From: Anaerolineae bacterium
GTDB taxonomy: Bacteria > Chloroflexota > Anaerolineae > Anaerolineales > UBA4823
Direction of reading: 5' to 3'
Length of the DNA: 64,000 nt
Assembly: GCA_041301395.1 (NCBI GenBank)
Contig: JBFYSP010000031.1
Location: 19,315 to 83,314, forward strand
Shown here: positions 54,340 through 63,343 of the stretch, one piece after another
Layout: each line of letters opens with the position of its first letter
Position numbering within the stretch: the stretch's first letter is position 1
Notes under the pieces: generated by a model
The model's database searches: none
Seen by the model: the letters and a program-made list of their open reading frames with translations, nothing else
Told to the model about the DNA's origin: nothing
Program-made: the position numbers and the translations under genes

Positions 54340-54477
54340 ATGGAACTGATCTTGCTTTTGGGCGCTGCGTTTCTGGCTGGTATCCTGTGGGGGAGATGGC
54401 GCGCCAGAAAAGCCGCCACACCTGCATCCCAAATGGTGGTCGAAGGGCAGGCCAAGGACCTGCCGCAAGGCGAGTGA
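54340..54477 (+). CDS. Possible 45-aa single-TM mini-protein
   Basis: MELILLLGAAFLAGILWGRWRARKAATPASQMVVEGQAKDLPQGE, with a GGAGGT Shine-Dalgarno about 8 nt upstream. Not in the track (under 60 aa). Confidence 0.25.
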   Translation: MELILLLGAAFLAGILWGRWRARKAATPASQMVVEGQAKDLPQGE

Positions 54478-54484
54478 AACGCCC

Positions 54485-55690
54485 TCACAGCAGCGGCAGC
54501 AGCGCCTGCAGGGCGCGCCCCAGCGCTGCCAACCGCTCCGGGTCGACCAGCTCTGGCCGGTCATGCGCCGTATGGGCGATCTCCGCCCACAAGGGCGCCA
54601 TCTCACCGGAGGTAATCGCCATCGCCGGCACCTGGTTCTGGAAGAACATCATGTGATCCCCCTGGTACCAGAGCTCTCCTTCCACCAGCCCGGGCTGGGT
54701 GGCAAAGGATTGCCGGATCTGCACCGCCATCTCGTCCGGCACTCCGTAAAGCGAATAGGCCGTGCTGCCCTGGCGGTAGCCGACCCCGTCCAGGTTGATA
54801 TTCAACCGAATTTCATCCAGCTTTCCAGCGTTGCGTTTCAGGTAGTCGAATTCACCGGCTGCCGAATAATGATCCTCGCCGTTTACGATAAAAATCTCGA
54901 CTCCTGGGTCTCCCGCGTAATCGCGCAGCAAATCCGCCAGCAGTAGCAAGGTCGTCACTCCGGTTGCGTTATCCAGCGCGCCGGGTGTGGTTGGCTTGGC
55001 GTCGATATGCGCGCTCAATACCACCCGCCCATGAGCATCGCCCCTGGAAGCCAGCACATTGCAGCCGGTGGCCGGGCTGCGCCGGGAGCGAATTTCCAGC
55101 GCCACCTCCTGGCCAATGAATTTAGCCAGATGTCGCCCTTCTTCATCCGTCATATAGGCCGACGGGATGTCAAAATCTCCATCTTCGATCAGCGGGAAGG
55201 GGTACAAGGCGCCGGCCAGCTCGGGGTTGCGCTGCGTGGCGGCGATCACTGCCAGCGGCTGTTTCTCCTCCAGCAGCCGGTAGATGAGCTGGTGCTCCTC
55301 CGGATTATAGAAGGGGAAATTCTTGGGCATCAGCTGCTCTCTGGCAATCTCACCGTGCAGCAGCAGGACTTTTCCCCCGGCGGGTAGCGCTTCCAGCTCT
55401 GCCACGGAACCGGCCGCCACCAGCCTGGCGCGCACCTGGCAGCCCTGCGAGTACGGGCCAACCTGCAAGTTGAAATTTTCTCTGCCAGCAGATAGAGATG
55501 CACCTTCGTGAATCCAATCCAGGCAGGCGAACTCCGGGCAGTCTACCTCGAACCCGGCGGCGGCCAGCACCTCGGCGACATAAGCAGTAGCGGTGCGGTT
55601 GCCGGCGCTGCCCAAACTTCGGTTCGGGATGTCCAGGCACAGGTGCTGCAGGTGTTTTTCGGCTTGTATACATAAAGGGTCGGTGGTCAT
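54485..55690 (-). CDS. M28 family metallopeptidase
   Basis: SAHIDAKPTTPGALDNATGVTTLLLLADLL and FIVNGEDHYSAAG correspond to M28 zinc-ligand regions. Confidence 0.65.
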   Translation of the reverse strand: MTTDPLCIQAEKHLQHLCLDIPNRSLGSAGNRTATAYVAEVLAAAGFEVDCPEFACLDWIHEGASLSAGRENFNLQVGPYSQGCQVRARLVAAGSVAELEALPAGGKVLLLHGEIAREQLMPKNFPFYNPEEHQLIYRLLEEKQPLAVIAATQRNPELAGALYPFPLIEDGDFDIPSAYMTDEEGRHLAKFIGQEVALEIRSRRSPATGCNVLASRGDAHGRVVLSAHIDAKPTTPGALDNATGVTTLLLLADLLRDYAGDPGVEIFIVNGEDHYSAAGEFDYLKRNAGKLDEIRLNINLDGVGYRQGSTAYSLYGVPDEMAVQIRQSFATQPGLVEGELWYQGDHMMFFQNQVPAMAITSGEMAPLWAEIAHTAHDRPELVDPERLAALGRALQALLPLL

Positions 55691-56034
55691 ATGGTTCCTA
55701 TTCTCCAGATTCTAATCAGCAGCCCCAGCAGGATCACATCGATTGCCAGGGTAGCTACGTCCAGGGCGCCGACCTGGTCGGTCAAGGTCAGCGGGATGTT
55801 GACTCCCAACACCGCCAGCCCCAGGTAGAAAAAGCGTTTCTGCCCGCTGCCGATCCCCCAGCCGCATAGCGCCAGTGCGGCAGCATTGCCGAACATCAGG
55901 ACGGCGACGATCCACGCGGTGTACTGGGACTCGCCGCTGGTGCGCACCAGACTGGCGATACCCAGCAGAAGCCACAGCGCGGCATTGAAATAGAACAGTG
56001 CCCGAGCCATGCGGGTCAGGGAATTGGTTCTCAT
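55687..56034 (-). CDS. Small integral membrane protein
   Basis: 115 aa, 4 hydrophobic segments. Overlaps both neighbours by 4 nt. Confidence 0.45.
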   Translation of the reverse strand: MRTNSLTRMARALFYFNAALWLLLGIASLVRTSGESQYTAWIVAVLMFGNAAALALCGWGIGSGQKRFFYLGLAVLGVNIPLTLTDQVGALDVATLAIDVILLGLLIRIWRIGTI

Positions 56035-56846
56035 GCGACCTCCAATGTCATCCGCGCCAGGTAGCTGTAAGCCTCCAGCAGCGCACCGGAGAGTGTGATG
56101 CGATCCCCTTCGATCTCCAGCACTTGCCCGTCGATTTCTATACCCCGCAGCGCCAGTCCAGTGCTATCCAGCAGCAGCTGCAGGTCTGCCGGAGTGTAGC
56201 AGCGCACAGACTGCGCCAGCGCTTTTTCCGGCTCGGCGGTCGGCTCCCACTCGTCAATCCAGCGGCACTGCAGCGGGTCGAAGCGGCAGCGGCGGCGCAT
56301 CTCGACCGAGCCGGGTACCCCCTCGAGCGGCGGCAGGATTACTTCCGTATCGGCGTGGCGGGCGAAGCGTGCCGGGTGGAACACGTCGACCAAAACTGTA
56401 CCTCCCGGGGCCAGCCATTCCCGTCCGATGCGGCGCAGCAGCCGGCGCTGGTCACGATCTGTGCCCACGCCAAAGCCATCCCAGTAGCATACCAGGTCGA
56501 AAGGCCCTCCCAGATCAACTGTGTAGAAATCCGCTTCCAGAGCTGTCAAAATACCTTTCCAGCCCTCCTGGCTCAATTCCTGCGCCTCCTGGATAGCTGT
56601 GGTTAATTCCAGCGCCGTTACTGTGTGTCCGTTCTTAGCCAGGGCAACCGCTACTGCCCCGGAACCTGCCCCCAGCTCCAGGATGCGCTTCGACACCGGG
56701 CCACCCAACCGCTCGATAGCCTCCAACCTCTCGGCATAGTATTCCTCCCCGGCGTTTGCCCCCCACCAGATGTCAGATTGAGTGTAAAAATCTTTCACCC
56801 AATCCGGCGTATACCTGCCTGTCTTTAGCAGCGAAACCGGCTTCAT
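56031..56846 (-). CDS. Class I SAM-dependent methyltransferase
   Basis: Motif I ILELGAGSGAVAVALAKNGHTVTALE. Confidence 0.65.
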   Translation of the reverse strand: MKPVSLLKTGRYTPDWVKDFYTQSDIWWGANAGEEYYAERLEAIERLGGPVSKRILELGAGSGAVAVALAKNGHTVTALELTTAIQEAQELSQEGWKGILTALEADFYTVDLGGPFDLVCYWDGFGVGTDRDQRRLLRRIGREWLAPGGTVLVDVFHPARFARHADTEVILPPLEGVPGSVEMRRRCRFDPLQCRWIDEWEPTAEPEKALAQSVRCYTPADLQLLLDSTGLALRGIEIDGQVLEIEGDRITLSGALLEAYSYLARMTLEVA

Positions 56847-56849
56847 CGT

Positions 56850-57605
56850 TTACTCCATCTGCCCGATTGTAACCACGCTGGCGTAGTCGATATACAGGAC
56901 CCCGCCTGTGCTGAAGCGCACGAAAATCTCCCAGCATTTCTCTTTGAATGCCGGGTAAAGCAGGTTCCCTTCCTGCGGGGCGTGCGAGTGCGAGCACAAC
57001 CCGCCAAAGAAGCTCTCCCAGGTCAGTCCGACCGAAGCAGGGAACTCCAGTTCGCGGTGCCCGGTCTTCTCAAGGTAAAATGCCGCCGGTTTTCCAGGCC
57101 CTTTGTTTTCGTCGGAGGTATCCCAGCCGTAGGTTTCGCTGCGCAGGGTGTTCATCGCCTCGCCGTAAACCGGGTCGGTGCTGTGGTTGCCCATTACGGC
57201 CAGCCAGCCGCCCGGCTTGAGGATTCGCCGGAACTCTGCTCTGGCCGGCTCAGCCTGAAACCAGTGCAGCGCCTGGCCGACGGTGATCAGCTCCACGCTC
57301 TGATCTGCCAGGGGGATTGCCTCGGCGCTCCCGGCTATAATCTCCAGGGCCGGTCCATCCCCCGCCTGCATCCAGCGGCGCATGGCCGCGTTGGGTTCGA
57401 TGGCAACAACGTACCCTGCCCGGCCGGCAAAGCGGCGGGCCAGCAGACCGGTGCCGGCGCCAATATCCGCCAGCCGTGAGCTGGGTCCCACCTGGGCGAT
57501 CTCGCATACCGCCTGTATGGCCGCCTCGGCATATTCCCAGCGGAAGCGGGCGTAGTCGTCTGCTCGCGAGGTAAACCTTTTCTTGGGGTCTATGGGCGGA
57601 GTCAT
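56850..57605 (-). CDS. Class I SAM-dependent methyltransferase
   Basis: Start chosen at MTPPIDPKKRF (ATGA overlap with the xth stop). Motif I LADIGAGTGLLARRFAGRAGYVVAIEPN. The tracked 58-aa N-terminal extension lies inside xth. Confidence 0.65.
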   Translation of the reverse strand: MTPPIDPKKRFTSRADDYARFRWEYAEAAIQAVCEIAQVGPSSRLADIGAGTGLLARRFAGRAGYVVAIEPNAAMRRWMQAGDGPALEIIAGSAEAIPLADQSVELITVGQALHWFQAEPARAEFRRILKPGGWLAVMGNHSTDPVYGEAMNTLRSETYGWDTSDENKGPGKPAAFYLEKTGHRELEFPASVGLTWESFFGGLCSHSHAPQEGNLLYPAFKEKCWEIFVRFSTGGVLYIDYASVVTIGQME

Positions 57606-58387
57606 GGCGTAGCGTTTTCCTCCGGCGACAGTACCAGGGTCACCGGGCAGTGATCCGAGCCCAGGATATCGTCGTGCACGACCACATCCTGCACTCGCGG
57701 CAGCAGGCTCTCTGAAACCAGGAAGTAATCCAGCCGCCAGCCAACGCCGTTCTGCCGGGCGTTCATCCGGTAAGTCCACCAGGTGTACTGCACCCGCTCC
57801 GGGTAAAGCTTCCGGTAAGCGTCCACGAAGCCGTGCTCCAGGTAGCGGTCGACCCAGGCGCGCTCCTCCGGCAGGAAGCCGGAAGTCTTGCGGTTTTGCT
57901 TGGGGTAGCGCAGGTCAATCTCGTTGTGGGCGGTGTTAAAATCGCCGCCAATCACCAGCTTCTCGCCGGCAGCATGCAGGCGGTCGCAAATCTCCAACAG
58001 GGCGGCATAAAAATCCAGCTTGAAAGCTACACGCTCGTGGCCGCGCTGACCGCTTGGGAAGTAGGCGTTTACCAGCGTGAAATCCGGATAGCGCAGCAGG
58101 AAGCAGCGGCCTTCGACATCAAAGCGCGGATCGCCAAGGCCCAGTTGAAATGCTATCGGTTCAGGCTGCCACAGCGCCGCCACGCCGCTGTAGCCGGGTC
58201 GCTCGGCTGGGTGCCACACCTCTCGGTATGGCGCCCAGGAGCGGCTGTGCTCCGCCGGAATCTGCTCCGGGCGCGCCTTGACCTCCTGCATCATCAGGAT
58301 ATCCGGCTGCAGCGCCAGCAGCGCCGCCAGGCGATCGCTGCGCAGCAGGGCGCGCAGCCCATTGACGTTCCAGGTCGTGATTTTCAC
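57602..58387 (-). CDS. xth: Exodeoxyribonuclease III
   Basis: MKITTWNVNGLRA, MQEVK, GDFNTAH, SDHCPV, the canonical EEP/Xth motifs. Confidence 0.85.
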   Translation of the reverse strand: MKITTWNVNGLRALLRSDRLAALLALQPDILMMQEVKARPEQIPAEHSRSWAPYREVWHPAERPGYSGVAALWQPEPIAFQLGLGDPRFDVEGRCFLLRYPDFTLVNAYFPSGQRGHERVAFKLDFYAALLEICDRLHAAGEKLVIGGDFNTAHNEIDLRYPKQNRKTSGFLPEERAWVDRYLEHGFVDAYRKLYPERVQYTWWTYRMNARQNGVGWRLDYFLVSESLLPRVQDVVVHDDILGSDHCPVTLVLSPEENATP

Positions 58388-59022
58388 GCTGCTGCCCGGC
58401 GTGCCACCGGATGGCGCAGGATGGTCTTCAATTTCTCAGGGTCGGCACGCAGCGGGTTGCCCAGGTAAATCTCATGGTGGTTGTGTGCCAGTGAATAGCC
58501 GTTTTCTTCCGCCCAGGCTTCCATACGGGCCAGAGTCGCCGGTTCTTTCAGGTAGGGACCGATGTGCATGGTCTGGATGCACAGCCCTTCATGGAAGCGC
58601 TCCAGCCGCAGGCGCTCAATCCCCGGGCCGGGTTTCTTCTTGCGCAGCTGGGCTAACGCTTCGGCGAACATCTCCGGCGTCACCAGATCGGGCTGCAGAA
58701 TCATCACAGTGTACTTCCAATTGCCCGGCTTGCGGATGTCGAACTGTCCATCCTCCACCCACCACAGCCCCTCCATCGCCATCACCGGGTAGTCCACCGG
58801 GTTTTCCTTGCGCTGCTTGGCCATAAATTTCAGCGTGTAGGCCGCGCCGTACAGGGCCTGCATCGCCTCCTGGAAGCCGGGCGATGTCCCCGGTGTCATG
58901 TCCGGCTCGATAGCGCCATCCACCATCACGAAGTTGAATGGGGGCACATCCACCAGCTCTACCTTTTTCGACGAGGGATTGTACAGCCATTTCAATTCTT
59001 TTTTCAAGTCGAGTGTTTCCAT
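58384..59022 (-). CDS. GyrI-like small-molecule-binding domain protein
   Basis: VDVPPFNFVMVDG...MEGLWW...ERFHEGLCIQTMHIGPY follows the GyrI-like/SOUL pattern. Confidence 0.55.
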   Translation of the reverse strand: METLDLKKELKWLYNPSSKKVELVDVPPFNFVMVDGAIEPDMTPGTSPGFQEAMQALYGAAYTLKFMAKQRKENPVDYPVMAMEGLWWVEDGQFDIRKPGNWKYTVMILQPDLVTPEMFAEALAQLRKKKPGPGIERLRLERFHEGLCIQTMHIGPYLKEPATLARMEAWAEENGYSLAHNHHEIYLGNPLRADPEKLKTILRHPVARRAAA

Positions 59023-59067
59023 GGAAAGATCCTTTTCTCCGTTCCACCGCTAGCCGCTTTTGCTTCA

Positions 59068-59838
59068 TCAGCCAAGCTGGGCGATTCGTTTTTCGAAGTC
59101 TATTGGGTTGATATAGGTATAAGACAGCAGCCGGCTATTATACACAATGCCGAAGACGCCGTACGCACAAGGAGCCTGTTCCTGTACTTCTTGCGCAGAG
59201 TTTAGCTCTATCACCCTTGTTGGGATGCCTGCCTGACTGCCAAGGTTAAGATATCCATTGGTCGCATTTTCGATGTAAGGGCACTGCGGTGTGCGCACCA
59301 CGGTCAGTCCGGGACCGAAGGCTGCCTGCCGGTCTTTCCAATCCTGCGGAAAGGCTGGATCCGGCGCATTCTCAAAGCGGTGCATTAACAGTTGGAACAC
59401 CGGCGGCGCCTGGTCGATCTCGACAAATCCGTGGTTCAAGAACAGCTTCTTGCTTGCCAGCCAGGTGCCGTCGCTGGAAACCATCACCACACCGTGCTTG
59501 CCCTGCCGGCGGGCGTCTGCCAGGCATTCCTGTATCAACCGGCTGCCGTAGCCTTTACCCGTCCCTTTACCCACAACCCACAGGCAGTGGATCACCAGGT
59601 AGCCGGGGGCATACACCGCCCGCCAGGCATACTCGCCCGGGATATACTCGATAAAGGCCGTATCCCTCCCACCGTGCTCGTGCAGAATTTTGATCTTCAG
59701 ACCTTCATCCAGACGCTCCTCCAGCCAGTCGCGCTTCTGCCGGTATCCTGGCGATTTTCGTTTGCTCATGTAGCAGAAGAAACCCTGGCGGTCAATATTC
59801 CCGGCGGTTACTTCGACGACCTCAAAATTGTCGCTCAT
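59068..59838 (-). CDS. GNAT acetyltransferase with YoaP-like C-terminal domain
   Basis: N-terminal GNAT (HCLWVVGKGTGKGYGSRLIQECLADARRQG). C-terminal TPQCPYI...YGVFGIVYNSRLLSY resembles the YoaP-like domain. Confidence 0.55.
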   Translation of the reverse strand: MSDNFEVVEVTAGNIDRQGFFCYMSKRKSPGYRQKRDWLEERLDEGLKIKILHEHGGRDTAFIEYIPGEYAWRAVYAPGYLVIHCLWVVGKGTGKGYGSRLIQECLADARRQGKHGVVMVSSDGTWLASKKLFLNHGFVEIDQAPPVFQLLMHRFENAPDPAFPQDWKDRQAAFGPGLTVVRTPQCPYIENATNGYLNLGSQAGIPTRVIELNSAQEVQEQAPCAYGVFGIVYNSRLLSYTYINPIDFEKRIAQLG

Positions 59839-59865
59839 TCAGCCTCCATTTTTTGGGATCTTCCT

Positions 59866-60510
59866 TCATGGGTGGGGAGTTGGGCTGTTAGCCTCATCCC
59901 GTTTCCGTAGCCCGGGTATCCAGCTCGGTACCCTTTGCCGGTAAGCCTGATAGGTTACGCCAAATTCGGCTTCCAGAGCCTGCTCTTCCCGCCGCGCCCG
60001 GGCTGCCAGCCCCAGGAAGCCAACGGCTATAAAGACGAAGGTCCAGGTCTGGTATATCAGCAGCCCGCCCATACCGGTCAGGATCCATCCCAGGTATATC
60101 GGGTGGCGCACCAGGGCATAAGGCCCGCTGGTGATCAGCTGGTGGCCGGTAAATAGCTGTGCGCCCATTCCCGTTGAGACGAAGTACTGCTTGCCCAGCG
60201 CCAGCCGCCCCCACAACACCCACCCCAACCCAGAGAACAGCAGCACACTGCCAAGCGCCAGGACGACCGCTCTCGCTGCTGGCGAGAGGGTCCCCGGCAG
60301 CGGAATCCACAACAGCCAGCAGATCCCGAAATAGGCAATACTTGCCGCCAGGTAGAAAGCGCCGCTGCGCAGCAGCCCAGGCATGCGGCCCGATGTCCGC
60401 CCCACCGGGCGACGCGCCCCCTGCCACAAACCGTAAAAAACCACCGCCAGAGTCACCCCTATGGCGATCGCCCCGGCCAGGCGCACCAGCGTTTCCAGCC
60501 TCTCCAGCAT
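59866..60510 (-). CDS. Isoprenylcysteine carboxyl/phospholipid methyltransferase family membrane protein
   Basis: Start chosen at MLERLETLV (TGATG junction with the upstream stop). LITSGPYALVRHPIYLGWIL and EEQALEAEFG motifs. Confidence 0.65.
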   Translation of the reverse strand: MLERLETLVRLAGAIAIGVTLAVVFYGLWQGARRPVGRTSGRMPGLLRSGAFYLAASIAYFGICWLLWIPLPGTLSPAARAVVLALGSVLLFSGLGWVLWGRLALGKQYFVSTGMGAQLFTGHQLITSGPYALVRHPIYLGWILTGMGGLLIYQTWTFVFIAVGFLGLAARARREEQALEAEFGVTYQAYRQRVPSWIPGLRKRDEANSPTPHP

Positions 60511-61643
60511 CAAGCAGGCCCTTCTGTGCTCTGAATATCGATCCCCATGTGCTGCATATCCCGCATCAGGCGCACCGGTTCTATCAGGTGCGCCTGTGTC
60601 CATAAACCGGGTTTCCTGGCTGTCCCATCCAGGTATTGCAGCAGGCAGGCCACCACCGGGATGGCGGTAAACAGGTAGCCGTCTGGATGGTACAAGGTGA
60701 CGTGCAGCTCTTTTGCCTGCCCGTTCTTGGAGCCCTTAGCTTCGACTTTTAGCAACGTTCCAAACGGCGGCCGTGAGAAGGCTTTCAATCCCCATTTCAT
60801 CAGCTTCACCATCGGCTTCAACCCCTTCTGCGGCCAGGTTTTAGTGACCACCATTGCAAGCGGCATAACTACCCAGTCCGTGAACCAGTTGAAGCCACCC
60901 ACGAAGAAGCCGGTCTCCTGCAGGGATGGGAACATCTTGGGCAGCGCCCGCATCTCCTCCAGGAACATTGGTGCGCAGTACTGCAAGCCGAACTCGCTGC
61001 CAAAATCCATCCGCAAGTAGCCTTGCATCCCAAACATCCTGGCTTTCTTCCAAATCCCATCTTTGAAAACCAGGCTTTGAAAATCGTTGATTTCTTCCAG
61101 TAGTTCCTGGATCGTCTCGTCCGGCAGGTCCAGACTGGCCCAGTCTTCTTTTATTACACTGCCGATGACGGCTCTTTCCAGGCTGTCGAAGTGACCGGCG
61201 GCATACCGCACCAGGGCTGCCGGCAGGCCGGGGTGAAACCCGCCATCCGTGATGAAACAGCGTCCGGCATTTTCGATTTCTGCCGAGAAAGATTGCAGGG
61301 CGATGATCTTTTGGGTCGAGTATTGGATGTCCAGGTAGTCGATCCCGGCTGCCAGGGCTGCCTCTGCTACATCTCGAGCGTAACGAGCTGTGCTGGACGC
61401 CACGATTACCAAATCGATGCCCCGGAACACTTGTTCCAGGTCTGTTTGGTTGGATGCATCCGCAAAACTCCCCAAGACCCGTCCTGGGAACTCCCGGTTG
61501 CATTCGGCTGCCGCTGCCTCTGCTTTTTCCCGGCTGCGCCCTGCCAGCACGAGTTGCACATCGGTTTCCTGTAAAAGAAGGCGAGCTAAAGGTCGCCCTG
61601 TGTGGCCATACCCCCCCAAGATGAGCAATGTTTTTTTGCTCAT
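60510..61643 (-). CDS. Saccharopine dehydrogenase-like NAD(P)-binding protein
   Basis: N-terminal Rossmann LILGGYGHTGRPLARLLL...VLAGRSREKAE. Length and layout match the family. Confidence 0.6.
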   Translation of the reverse strand: MSKKTLLILGGYGHTGRPLARLLLQETDVQLVLAGRSREKAEAAAAECNREFPGRVLGSFADASNQTDLEQVFRGIDLVIVASSTARYARDVAEAALAAGIDYLDIQYSTQKIIALQSFSAEIENAGRCFITDGGFHPGLPAALVRYAAGHFDSLERAVIGSVIKEDWASLDLPDETIQELLEEINDFQSLVFKDGIWKKARMFGMQGYLRMDFGSEFGLQYCAPMFLEEMRALPKMFPSLQETGFFVGGFNWFTDWVVMPLAMVVTKTWPQKGLKPMVKLMKWGLKAFSRPPFGTLLKVEAKGSKNGQAKELHVTLYHPDGYLFTAIPVVACLLQYLDGTARKPGLWTQAHLIEPVRLMRDMQHMGIDIQSTEGPA

Positions 61644-61702
61644 GGACTTGCTCCTTATCGATATAAGAAACGCCCTGGCCTATGATTTATTATAGTAGAT
61701 TC

Positions 61703-62236
61703 TTAAACCAACAGATACCAGTACAGCGCAATCTCCTCGTTCTCCGGGTCGATGCCGCGATACAGGTAGGTGTCGAGCCCGGCCAGAGTCAGCCCGCAGC
61801 GTTCGTACAGATTACACGCGGCGACATTATTATTTTGCGTCTCCAGCATAATCCCTGGAAAACCCCTGGTTTTAGCCCATGCAATCGCTTGCGCCAACAA
61901 AGCCTGCCCGATGCCTTCCCGCCGGGCAGAGGCATCCACCACGAGGTCTTCAATGTATGCATAGCGGTTCCAGTACCGGCACAGCCGCACCTGTCCGGCG
62001 ATCTGCCCATCCCGGTAGGCCAGGTAGATCACCCGATCAGGATTGGCGATGTAGTCTGCAGCTTTAAATGCATCCACCGGATAGCGCTTTTCATAGGGGG
62101 GAACTTGCTCGACAGTATAGTGGATAACGCCGGCTTCGGCGCTTAGCTTCAACCGCGAATCGATCCGGAAAACACCGTCACAGCGGTTAACGTCTCCCAG
62201 TCGTCCGGTGCTGAGTTCTTCAATCGTAATCGTCAT
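61703..62236 (-). CDS. GNAT acetyltransferase, streptothricin acetyltransferase (SatA)-like
   Basis: FRIDSRLKL...YTVEQVPPYEKRY...IEDLVVDASARREGIGQALLAQAIAWAKTRG resembles the SatA/YyaR-type pattern. Confidence 0.55.
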   Translation of the reverse strand: MTITIEELSTGRLGDVNRCDGVFRIDSRLKLSAEAGVIHYTVEQVPPYEKRYPVDAFKAADYIANPDRVIYLAYRDGQIAGQVRLCRYWNRYAYIEDLVVDASARREGIGQALLAQAIAWAKTRGFPGIMLETQNNNVAACNLYERCGLTLAGLDTYLYRGIDPENEEIALYWYLLV

Positions 62237-62675
62237 CTGCTGGAGCTCCCTCCGGAATTGGTATTAACCCAAGGCGCGCAAAAGTCCTGACTGTTTCCAA
62301 ATTCAGGTCGTAATCTTTAAGCTTTACCGGGTTAACCCAGCAGTATTCTTCAAATTCGGAATTCAGTGTGACTGCATCTCCCCTCGCCAGGCAGGAGAAT
62401 AGTAAAAACACCATGTATATTTCGTGTTGACTGCTATCTGGAAATATTTTTTGATACGTACCGTCGCTAAAAAATAACGGCTGGATATTGGCGACATCCA
62501 GTCCAACCTCTTCTTTTAGCTCTCGCTGCAGGGCAGCCACGGCTGTTTCTCCTAATTCTATTCCTCCACCCGGCAGCCCCCACTGCCCTGGAAATACACC
62601 GCGCCCCAGCGGCATTTTACAGATCAGGATCTCGCCAGTGATATTCTGAACCACACCAACGACTATCACCCTCAT
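62220..62675 (-). CDS. NUDIX hydrolase
   Basis: Nudix box GGGIELGETAVAALQRELKEEVGL. Confidence 0.8.
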   Translation of the reverse strand: MRVIVVGVVQNITGEILICKMPLGRGVFPGQWGLPGGGIELGETAVAALQRELKEEVGLDVANIQPLFFSDGTYQKIFPDSSQHEIYMVFLLFSCLARGDAVTLNSEFEEYCWVNPVKLKDYDLNLETVRTFARLGLIPIPEGAPADDDYD

Positions 62676-63214
62676 AGTTTATCTGCCGTCGCCCACTCTT
62701 CCCGCAAGATCCCCATGTAGACCAGGTCCAAGTAAACGCCATTCGACCAAACATGTTCGCGCAGCCTGCCTTCTTCCACGAACCCGCAGGCCCGGTATGC
62801 CCGGATGGCGCGCTCATTATTGCCGTTCACCGCAAGGTACACACGCCGGAAATTCCGCAGCCGGAAGGCATAATCAAGCAGGACACCGATCGCATCCCGG
62901 CCGTATCCGCCTCCCCAATAGGCTTTGTCGCCGATGGTGATCCCCAGCTCGCAGGTCTGGGCGGTATCGTTGAAATTGAATAAGGCGCACTGACCGATAA
63001 ACTTTCCGTCGGCTTCGATGGCAAACGTTGCGCCATCACGCCCGCCGGGGGCAGCCTGGGCGTCGTATTCCGCGTACAGTCGCGCCAGCGATTGCGGCAT
63101 GGGTGGGTCACCCCCGCCAGCCAGTTCTACTTCCACATCATTATTGAAGCGCCACAGCTGCTCCAAATCGTCCCGGGAAATCGATCGTAAGATAGTTTTT
63201 TGGCCGTACAGCAT
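62672..63214 (-). CDS. GNAT acetyltransferase (RimJ/RimL-like)
   Basis: LRSISRDDLEQLWRF... and GGGYGRDAIGVLLDYAFRLRNFRRVYLAV. Confidence 0.65.
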   Translation of the reverse strand: MLYGQKTILRSISRDDLEQLWRFNNDVEVELAGGGDPPMPQSLARLYAEYDAQAAPGGRDGATFAIEADGKFIGQCALFNFNDTAQTCELGITIGDKAYWGGGYGRDAIGVLLDYAFRLRNFRRVYLAVNGNNERAIRAYRACGFVEEGRLREHVWSNGVYLDLVYMGILREEWATADKL

Positions 63215-63343
63215 GGATTTGACCTGATCCTTTCAGTTATAATCGTTGATTAATTGTACAACGATCTCCTCAAACCGGGCTGATTGGCGTATCTATCCAT
63301 AGTTTCTCACGTACTGTGCCTTCCCAGGAGGTTCAACCGGTAT

